Below, in pieces: positions 12,722 through 23,343 of a stretch of DNA of 64,000 nt (position 1 is the stretch's first letter; each line of letters opens with the position of its first letter). The translations under genes and the position numbers were made by a program. The notes beneath the pieces were generated by a model that saw only the letters and a program-made list of their open reading frames with translations, was not told where the DNA came from and searched no databases. This DNA is from Epiperipatus broadwayi (taxonomy: Eukaryota; Animalia; Onychophora): positions 3,224,001 through 3,288,000 of the forward strand of contig JAQFVV010000007.1 in the NCBI GenBank assembly GCA_028023455.1. The letters are read 5' to 3'.

Positions 12722-13589
12722 GCTCTGGATCTGAGAGCACTGCACCTAGATCTTAGGATCCAATGCAACCCTCCAGCACCCACCTTTTAACTCTATTTAA
12801 CTACAAAACTATGAGAATGAAATTGAAAACACTATTAATATTTTCAATCCAAGCTCAACAGCTTATATAGTCATATGGGTCTGAATTCAATTCAGCACCC
12901 ATACATTTTGGTGTCTTTGGCTCTTTAACAACCATAGCCACCACTATCCTATTAGGCAGGATTGGTGTTAAACCACTAAACATCACATGATCACTATCTC
13001 ATACTAGCACAATAATTGTTATTAAACAATCCAAAACAAAGCAAAACTCTCCATATAGTAGTGCCATCTTGTGCTAACAAGAGCAATCAATGGATGCCAG
13101 AAGGCTTGTGCATAAAATCCCTATCTAGTGCCTACTCATCCAATATCCAGAAACTAGTCTGGGGATATTGGATGAGTAGGCACTAGATAGGGATTTTATG
13201 CACAAGCCTTCTGGCATCCATTGATTGCTCTTGTTAGCACAAGATGGCACTACTATATGGAGAGTTTTGCTTTGTTTTGGATTGTTTAATAACAATTATT
13301 GTGCTAGTATGAGATAGTGATCATGTGATGTTTAGTGGTTTAACACCAATCCTGCCTAATAGGATAGTGGTGGCTATGGTTGTTAAAGAGCCAAAGACAC
13401 CAAAATGTATGGGTGCTGAATTGAATTCAGACCCATATGACTATATAAGCTGTTGAGCTTGGATTGAAAATATTAATAGTGTTTTCAATTTCATTCTCAT
13501 AGTTTTGTAGTTAAATAGAGTTAAAAGGTGGGTGCTGGAGGGTTGCATTGGATCCTAAGATCTAGGTGCAGTGCTCTCAGATCCAGGGC

Positions 13590-13631
13590 TCCTCACTGAT
13601 GAAGGCCACAAGCCAGAAACTAGTCTGGGGA
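13590..13631 (+). ncRNA. Type I hammerhead ribozyme motif (family B)
   Basis: UCCUCA CUGAUGA AGGC-CACAA-GCCA GAAA CUAG UC/UGGGGA. GUC triplet, palindromic stem III ACUAGU, and stem I extended by AUCCA/UGGAU across an internal loop. Confidence 0.85.
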
Positions 13632-13899
13632 TATTGGATGAGTAGGCACTAGATAGGGATTTTATGCACAAGCCTTCTGGCATCCATTGATTGCTCTTGT
13701 TAGCACAAGATGGCACTACTATATGGAGAGTTTTGCTTTGTTTTGGATTGTTTAATATATAGACATAGTTGTATAATTATCAAAAAACTCACTTCTAACT
13801 TTTTGTTGTCTTTATTTCTGTCATTTTTCTTTCTTCTAGAATTTGAATGACTTGACTCATCAACTAACACTGCTAATAATGATTTTTTTTTAAATGCTA

Positions 13900-15700
13900 G
13901 CATATCTCAGAACTTCAAATCGTTTCCCAAGTCTTTTACTCATACACATAAATGCACATTATTAGATCCAATTCAAGCTATAACATTGCTTGAATTAGTA
14001 TTCTATCTCAAATTTTCTTTTAAGCACTTTCAATAAAAGTTGGCCTTCCAAAAATCATTCACTCTATTGCTATTGTAACCATAGCTAAATGCAAAACTTC
14101 CTGAAATCTAACATGTTATATTTTTTTGTATGAAATATAGCTCCATTACTTAAAATCTAATTATAAAAAAAAAATTATTATAATAGTTTCTCAGCAATGA
14201 GAGGTTAAAAACATTAGTTCCATTTGAATGACTGAACAGTTTTTTGTTCCATTTTACTTAGCTGAGAATCAATTTAGATATCTCAACTAATGAGTCCCAT
14301 ATACTCTTCATCTACTATATACTATTCAAAATATATTTTAAAAATACTTAATCAATGATCAATACTTATTTCTCTTTAATCACTAACTAGTCTTTTGTTC
14401 ATAAATTAATACTTTTAAAGATATCATCACGACCACTATTCTGAACAGACTGCTGCAAATCTTTTCACTATCATTATGCTGCTCACTATGTACAGTATTT
14501 TCAAATGCTACTTAACCTTCTCTGTGCAGTACATATAAAATTTATCTATAATTATACAATCTCTCAAGTAGGCAAAATTTTTAAACTTCCAATTTCTTGT
14601 TAATTTTTAAAAAGAATTTGTTCTTTAGTGAATCATTATTAGTAAAAAAAAAAAAAAAACATAGCCAAAAAATTAAAAATTAATGCAGAAACACTAAACT
14701 TTAAAGGTCAATAAAATCTATAGTTGGTTGATATTTCAGTCCTACATAAGTGATTAATAAGTATAATGTGGTAATTTTCTTGTTATTTCCAGATAATAGA
14801 ATAAAATTCTTCTCTGCAAAAATTATCATCCATTCTCAGCCTCTCTGCATGTTTTGCAATTGAAGATAGAACTTGAGAATATTCTAAAGAAGCTGAGAAC
14901 TTTTTACAAAACAGCTAATCTCCTGATATTGCCAAATTAATGGATCCAAATAATTTTAGCTGGAGAATAAAAAAAAATATTGAGAATCTGAGTGGGTCAA
15001 ATAATTGATTGAAAAAAAAAAACCCTAATTGTAATTATGTACAACTTTCACTAATTTATTGTTATTTACATCATACTATTATAATTAGAATTTTATTGAC
15101 TAAGTTTGAAGATTCTAAAACCAATGAGACTACTGCTAGCATATTCCTTTTGTAATATTATTATTTTGATCTGATACTGCTGGATTGATAGATTTCTTCC
15201 CAAATCAGGAATTTAACCAGAAATGTTATGCTCAACTGTATCATTTTGAGTTACTATTGATATTTTACATATACATATTCTATGAGTCAATAAAGTACTA
15301 TAAAACAACAAAATCATTATTTTCACCTCATCAGCATTAGAAGTTGTCATAATTTTTATTAAGAGTCAGACAAAATATGATGGTAAACTATTCCTAAAGG
15401 TAATAATGATTCCAACCAAAAAAAAAAATCTATATGTTTCAATAACATTGAGAAAACTCTGCCAGTGGCAGTTAAAATTGCAAGCTTAAATATGTATGCC
15501 TCCCAGTAACATAGAATGTAAATACTACTAGTGATAGCAGACTTAAAAGTTAATTCTAGTTTCATTTTTCCTGATCATTTTTCAACATCCTACACTCCAA
15601 AAGCGAATTTTCAATATTCTCTCTCCTATCATCACATAAACTATATCCATAATCCAAACACATTTTATTTTTGCCTTCTTTCTCTAGTATAAAGTTCCTG
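13900..15700 (-). mobile_element. Decayed RTE-like LINE, endonuclease region
   Basis: Broken frames resembling APE motifs (MTTSNADEVK...FY near 15300-15350). Confidence 0.35.
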
Positions 15701-17700
15701 CCCTTTTACAAAACAATAAACTCCATTTAGTGTTATATATTCTTTCATACTCTATATAATTTGTATTCTTATATAATTCTTTTTTTTTTTAATTCATATT
15801 TCTTTTCCACAATTCTAATAGTTTTTCACTGAACTGCTTATATATTTTCTTTTCCCATTCCTCATAATTATGTATCTATGATATATTACTTATTCATATA
15901 TATATATATCATTTCTTATAGAAATATATGGAATTAAATTATCTATCTATTAACTTTGCAAATTATAAAATCTTTTTGCAGAATATATCTTTTTCACTTA
16001 ATTCAATAAGCCCTCTTGCTTAATGGCATTTTAATTGTTTCTCTTAATGACGCTTTTTGTAATCAATCAATATTTGTTTTTAGCTTTAAACTATTATTAT
16101 ATATTTGAATTCAATAAATTGGATTTGATTTGTTAAAATTTTTACTTACAAATGAAAATCATTCTAAAAAAAAACATATTTGAACTTTGCAAATATTGAA
16201 AAATTAATAATAAATATAGAACAAAGGATACTTCCATCATCGAGCAGTTGGCAGGAACTTCAGAAAATCAAAATTTTCTTTGAATAAAATTTATTTTTAA
16301 AATGTGAACAAATAAATGTTAACTTCTGATAAATCTATAAAATTCTGCTTTAAAATATAAAAACTGATTTATAATTTTTAGAATAACTCAAGAGATTCTA
16401 ATACAGTGTCAGTAATAATGTTTAGTGATCAGTTTCACAAAGTATGGTGATCTTGATGGCCGCAGTGTTCTTTGTTAGTTATGCTAGAATTAATTTCTAT
16501 TTTTAAAAATAAAACATATACATATAAAAGTGTAATCATGTACTTTTGTTTTTTAATAATTACTATGCAATTATTGTATAAAAATAACCATGATTTTTTC
16601 CAAAAAATGTTCTCAAAGTAATCTCACAAATGTTCTGGAGATTGAAGAACAATGAATAAATGCCATCAAACATGTGGAGGCAGATCTAAAATACTTTGAC
16701 CTTATATCTTATTCAAAATACTGACTTCTTTAGATTTTTTTAAGATAAAAGATTTCAATAGATGGCAATACAAATGTGATCTAAGTGAATGCAATAACAG
16801 CTATTTCTCTGATGAAAGACTTTCATCTTTAAAAAAGAGATTAACACTATCTATTTTCAATCATATATTAAAATATGCTGAATATTTTTTCATTTATGCT
16901 TGATTTTATTCATTAAAAATGAGATCCATGCCATTTCATCTTGAATAATGTAATTTGCTGACTAAGATCCACCATTCAATGCACATCTACCTATTTTTAT
17001 TTGTATTCTATTTTAAAATTAATAATTTCCATGATTAACACAAAGGGAATTATTTCCAAATGTTAAAAAAGACATTATAATGCCTTTCCAATAATTCTAT
17101 ATACTTCACATTTATTATATGAGAAATATGCCACAATCAATCCCATTCTACTTTTTTTTTTTTTTGCTCAATTCTAATTCCCGATTATCTATGTAATTTC
17201 TTTTTTCATTTAATGAAGTAACTGCTTCTCCATTATTAAAGACAAATATCTTCCATTTTTAATTCTTCATCTTTACCCTTTCTAAAACTTTAATTTTTTG
17301 TCACTGCATTGAATTTTCAGAATTATTTCCACCTCTCTACACTTCTATGATATTTACTTCATATTTTCTATTTTACTGGAAAAAACTGATATATCATAGA
17401 CAAAAGGAAGTTGGCAGATTATCTATTCTTTTGGTTTCAACTATAGAAATCGCTATCCCTAATTTTTTATCTGAATTTCCAATTCTCTTAAAGACAAAAT
17501 ATATAATAATGGTGATAATGGGCATTCCCACTTCAATTTCACATTTAATTTCCATTCATTCTACAGCCTCCAATTGATACTAATAAAAATTATCCATGTA
17601 AAAACTTTTTGAAAAGTAATATATATAATCAATAACTTTAAAAGCAATGTGAAATTGCAATAGAGCCTTTGGACTTACATATTTTTACAAGTTAAATATT

Positions 17701-18509
17701 ACACAGAGGCAAAACTCTCCATACAATAGTGCCACTCAGTGCAAGCCAGAGTAATCAATGGATGTAGGTAAGGTTGTGCATTAAATCCCTATCTAATGCA
17801 CACTCATCCAATATCCCCAGATTAGTTTCTAGTTTGTGGCTTTCATCAGCAAGGAGCCTTGGATCTGAGAGCACTGCATTTAGTTCTTAGGATCCAATGC
17901 AACCTTCCAGCAACCACATTTTTACCTTACTAGTTAACTATAAAGCTTTGAGTTCACAATAATGGTTTCAATTCAAGTTCATTAGCTTGTATAATCATAT
18001 ACATCTGAACTCATTTCAGCATCCATAATTTTTGATGTCTTTAGTTCTTTAATACACACAGTCACCATAATCATATTAGGCAGGATTGGTATTAAACCAC
18101 TAAACATCTCATGATACCATTCTTTATGCTTACACAACCTGTTTGCACAAGGCAAAACTCTCTATACAGTAGTGCCACACAACACAATGCAAGCCAGAGA
18201 AATCAATGGATGCAGGAGCTTGAATTGAAAACATTATTTTCCTTTTGGACTCAAAGCTTTATAGTTAGGTAAAAGGTGACTGCTAGTATGTTGCATTAGA
18301 TCCTAAATCCAAGGCTCCCACAAGCTAGTAACTAATCTGGTGATATTGTATGAATAGGCACTAAATAGAGATTTTATCTACAAATCTTCTGACATGCATT
18401 GATTACTCTGGCTTGCACTGAATGGTGCTACTGTACGAAGAATTTTGCCTCTGTGTAAATAGCGTAAGCATAAAGAATGGTGATCCTGCGATATTTAATG
18501 GTTTAATAG
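17701..18509. mobile_element. Hammerhead family B, older diverged copy, also inverted
   Basis: Homologous to 12520-13754. The left arm is longer than one unit (GGCAAAACTC at about 17708 and 18151) and the inversion point is near 18215. Degenerate HHR on the minus strand at 17814-17856; the right-arm HHR core is deleted. Possible degenerate TSD AAGTTAAATATT (17689) / AAGTTAGTATT (18510). Confidence 0.75.
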
Positions 18510-18817
18510 AAGTTAGTATTGCAGTATTACTACACACTACTATGGTAAACTTCAGAAAAAGATTAAGAGATCAGCGTTAGTTGTCAATATGAATCAGAAA
18601 CAAGAGTTAGAACACAGCATCAAAATAATAATAATTTTCAAGGAAGAAAGCAGAAGTACTGAAATTTATTGTTTTTATTTTAAGCTTTTAAAAGTTGAAT
18701 TTTAGTTTTTATTAAAATCAATTGTATAGTAAGAAGAGCAATTAATTTTAATTCTATTTTTGTTTTTTATGCTATTGATTTTTATCATATTTTTCCTGTT
18801 TAGATAGTTGTTTTAAG

Positions 18818-18875
18818 CCAATAAACATCACATGATCACCATTACTGTATGGAGAGTTTTGCCTGTTTAGATAGT
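18818..18875. repeat. Small family B fragment
   Basis: TAAACATCACATGATCACC followed by the inverted piece TACTGTATGGAGAGTTTTGCC. Confidence 0.55.
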
Positions 18876-19939
18876 TGTTATAGAAGTTATAGGTTATGGT
18901 CTGGAACCTCTAAATATATACAAATTTCAATTTAAATCACAATGAATGATTGATATAACAAACGATTTACTGAAACCATTTATGCTCATTATAACAAATA
19001 TAGCTCTCTCTCTCTATGTATATATATTGAAACAACAGTAGTTTTAAAGGCTAATGTAAATTAGAAATAAAAAGCAGTGAACATTAAAAAATGGCACGGA
19101 AATCAAAGATATAAGAATCTTGAACATTACTGAAGCAACAGTAATTTATTTTATTAGTAAAAAAACAATCATAATTAGAGGGAGTATAAAAATTTATTCT
19201 TATTGACTTGAATAATAAAGATTTTAAAATAGCAAAAATGGGAGAAAAAAAAACTATTATATAAAAGGAAAGTGTGTGTAAATATGTTAATACAATGTGC
19301 ATACATTCCAATAGTAACATTTCTGAAGACCTTAAAATAAGGTTTTCAGGAAAGATTGTTCAGCTATTTCTTGAGATAAAATTTATTTCTGAGACTACAT
19401 TAATAAATTAAATAATATCAATTATATATTGTGTATTTTAACTTTTTGGAAATTCAAATATTTAATATAAAATTGCTGAATCCATGAACAATAGAATTTT
19501 AAAACGGGCAAAATTTATAATATTGTAATATTAAAAGATAATAAGTGAAATTAAAGTGTAATATAAAAAATTTTGATTCAGTTTGATTAATTTTTAAACT
19601 TTTTATTGTTAAAATTTTGATAGCATTTCTAATAAAGAAAGTTTGGGATCTATTTCTGAAATATATTAAAAAACAGGATTACTAGGCATCCTGTTATCAA
19701 GAAAAAAAAACAAATAGTTGTTAAACTATGCACACTTTAATATATATATATGAGAATGTATCATATTTATCATTACCAGTTACTCATAAAAATGTAGACC
19801 ACTTATTCTAAAAGACAAAAAAAGTGAATTTAAAAAAAAAGAGGGGGGAGGGGGTCAATAAGGGAGCGATAAGATAACCATATATGTCAATCTAAACAAT
19901 ATATTTTTATACACAGGTCAGTCCTTGCAAAACTGTCAT

Positions 19940-21560
19940 TTAACCACTTCTGCATCAAATTTTTCTTTCACAAAGACTACAACATTTTATATAATTTTAG
20001 CTCTAGGCTGTAATCTATTCTCAACATTATCCTCTAATAAAAAAAAAAAAAAATCAGTTTGTTATCAGATAACAGAACTGGACTGTGGTCCATGGACTTT
20101 GGCTCCAGAGTCTACCATCCAGGACTACTATTCTCCAAGAAAAACAGTTAATATTATATAAGTCCATCACAAATTTTTTTTTTTGAAAGATTTTGTTACT
20201 CCTCAGCCATTTCACATGCTCAATCGAACAAAGATAAGCCATTATTATATAGATTCAATATTACATTCAACAAAACAAATACTTCATCAAATGACCTTAT
20301 ATTTTCAAAAATTTTAGAGCATATCCTTAAATGAAATATTTCCCATATAAATATTAGGTGATAAAGGATCCCTTTTCCCTTTCCATACAATAAATTTGGC
20401 AGAATTTCAAATTGTTTAATATAGCAGTAACAAAATGGGGTCAGTAATCCAAGTCAATGTTCAAGTAAGTCATTATTACATAAAAAATTAAGACATTTTA
20501 AATAATCCACATCATCAATATGATAATCATTCAGATTAAAAATTACTGAAGACTTTTCCTCATATTGGTTGATAAACACAATTGCTTTGAACAATTATTC
20601 TTTATATAAATTGCATTCAAAATATTATGAAATTTTCTATAAATCATTATTATTTGAAATGGAAAGAATCATTCAATCATCATTTATAATTAAATGCCTA
20701 TTTCTGAAACTGTCTATAAACTTTCAAAAGAAAGCAAACTTGAACACATCTATGTTTAACAATTCTTCTCATACCATCATATAGCAGTTGGATAATAAAA
20801 TAAACTTTTTTAGGCAGTAAGCTATTTTAGACCAATCTTTTGATTAAATGAGTCACATGACTTAATCAATTGATAAAGACAATGTATAAATCATACCTTT
20901 TCTCAAAACCATTGTCATGTATTTGATTTTTTAAAGCAAGAATGAGTTTGGTAAATATTCATTTAGGACAAAAAGCAATATATTCAACAAAATCATTGAC
21001 TCTTAAATTAAGTTATCTTGAATCTCTTCATTTGTTCAAAATATTATTATGATATTAAAAAGTGCCAATATAGTAGTAGTTGGTAAAATAACATTTTCAT
21101 CCAACTAGTTTATTTGCAATAATTATATCATTATGGCAAAGTCTTTGTTAGGCACCCACTTCTATAGATTTCTATATTGACAATGAAGAAAGTAAAGTTA
21201 GACAAGTTTAAGTAATAATACAATCACTGATAGAAAATCAACTATAAACTTACTCATACCTTCTTAAAAAAATTACACATCTCCATAAAATAAAAATAAA
21301 AATTAGTAGTTTTAGTGATAACAGCTGTTGACATTTAGCACAACTACTAGTATATTTAACAAAGTATCTATTAATGCTATTATCATCTTAATATTGCAGT
21401 ATACTAATCTACACACTTCTTCCAACAATATGCCTTTTAAATGCCCTTGCTGCATTGAATTTACTTACACTATGATTTCTAAATACAACATAATCCATAA
21501 GTGCTATTGTTTTAAGCATGAATTATAGCCAAGTTCTTTATAGTGATTTTTTTTCCATCT
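19940..21560 (-). mobile_element. Heavily decayed CR1/L2/Jockey-group LINE RT remnant
   Basis: Scattered minus-strand motifs resembling GVPQGSxLxPxLFNI near 21040-21170; many stops. Confidence 0.35.
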
Positions 21561-23274
21561 AAGCAAACTGTTCATGACAATCAATTCATGTTTTATGCAA
21601 CAACAACAACAACAACAAAAAAAAAAAACACAGGAGTTGCCATAACTAATAGAATTATTTCCAATAAGTTTGAGACTACTGTTATTCCATTCATTAAAGT
21701 CTCTAAAAGCAAAAAAAAAAAATGTATTTTATTGATTTTAATATAAAAGAGGTAGAATAATGTTAATCCACTTACTATTGAAAATCTTTTATCCAAATAA
21801 TAAATAAATTAGCTTGAAAATACATTTGCAAATATATAAAAAACACACACACATGCAGTAAATATAAAATAATAAGCCTAAATGTAATGAGTTGCGCGAC
21901 TTTTTCTACCTTGCAAAAAGATCCATTCTTAAATTTTAAAAAATAATGAATGCAAAAAAAAAAAAAACTCCTGGAACCAGGGATTTCTGGTTAATCGTAT
22001 TTTGGCTGTATAACTATCCAACAAAAAATAACTTCTTTTATCTAATTTTTTTGTAACTGATAAAATAGTTACAGGTAGCTTTGTACAAACAAATTTTTAG
22101 CATCATTAGTCATTCAGTAATATATCTAAAAATTCTAAGGACACAACACAGCAAATTAATGAATCTAACATCATTTATTCCATAAAATATCCTTTCACAA
22201 CAAATAAAAAAATTACAATTGTTCTGAAAAAAAAATCCCTCCTCTGAAAAAGAAGTTCACTAAAAACTATATTCTTAGATCCAAGTTTTGAATATATAAT
22301 GTAAGAAATTGATCTTGCTATTCTGGTGTGATGTAAAACATTGACAGGTTTGAATTCTTCCATGTGCCATCCTATAAAAAAATATAAACAAGTCTAAATA
22401 AGTGAGACATCCTTCCATCATACGAATCTCAACAAATAACTTTGTGAGTGGTGGACCTTCCATTGTAAAAATTCAAGAGACCTTAGATAATAATATGTCT
22501 AAATAAGTGGCAGACTCATCCATAGCAAAAGTACAAAGAAATGATTTAGATGAAGATGATGCCTCTGTAGTTAATGGACTCTTCCAGACATGAATTCTGA
22601 TATAATCTCTAATGACAACAACTATTTGAAGATTAATAACTCAATTAGTTTTTTATTTTTTAAAAAAATAACAGCTGACTAAGCAAGATGATTTAAAAAA
22701 GCACTCCTTTTTAAAATGGTATAAGCCCTCTAAGCAGTCTATTAAAATTTTTCAAGTATCTGAACAATTGTTGACTATCATTAAATTAAAAATACCCGCA
22801 ATAAATAAAACAATACAATAAACATAATGAATTAACAATTTAATCTCTTAATTTAAGCTAGAACGATAAAACGATCAATATTAAAAATACGTTTTCTTTT
22901 CTTTTTTGTTTTAAAACTACTATCAGAGAATAGTTATAATCTAAATTTTATACTTTCCCCCCTCTAGGTAATGATTATATACTAAAAATAAATTGCTTTT
23001 ACAATATTTTTCCACGAGTGTTATAATAAAAAAGACCTCTCAAACTCCATCATTCAACCAAGTAAAAAGCTTTAATTCTCCTCTCCAAATATATCAAAAT
23101 CTAATTCATTGAAATATTTAGCATACAAATTTCATGCACAGATAATCCCACAGTTGAAATGATTGCCAACTAAAAGTTACAGCCTGTAAAAGAGAAATAT
23201 TCATTAATAATTAGTGAAAAGGCTAGTTTAATATAGTTCAGTCCAAATCTTGATTACCAAATACTTAGAGGCAG

Positions 23275-23343
23275 CAAATGCACCTGTATTGCACCTGAAC
23301 CGTGCACCTGTGAGGCTCGTTATGATTCATAAAACTTCACCTG
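23275..23343. promoter_or_regulatory. Cluster of E-boxes (4x CACCTG/CAGGTG plus CAAATG); candidate enhancer
   Basis: CACCTG at 23281, 23292, 23305 and 23338. Confidence 0.35.

Larger units (their letters stand above)
12520..13754. mobile_element. Hammerhead family B, young copy: 1235-bp near-perfect palindrome built from a 466-bp unit, with a 13-bp TSD
   Basis: Arms of about 629 and 608 bp meet at about 13147-13162. Unit period is 466 (CAATAT 12675/13141; cleavage sites 13159/13625). TSD ATATATAGACATA at 12507-12519 and 13755-13767. Only about 2 substitutions seen among the repeated segments (12570, about 12724). Confidence 0.9.

Noticed and set aside
12520-13754. CRISPR-like or satellite interpretation of the repeats
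   Set aside because: No short repeat-spacer periodicity, eukaryotic context, and a TSD indicating a single insertion.
12550-13903. Short ORFs 12550-12756 and 13700-13903 as proteins
   Set aside because: They run antisense to the ribozyme strand of a non-coding repeat and show no recognisable domain.
16809-16840. Additional hammerhead (CTGATGA plus a small stem)
   Set aside because: TAAA instead of GAAA, and no NUH or stem I partner.
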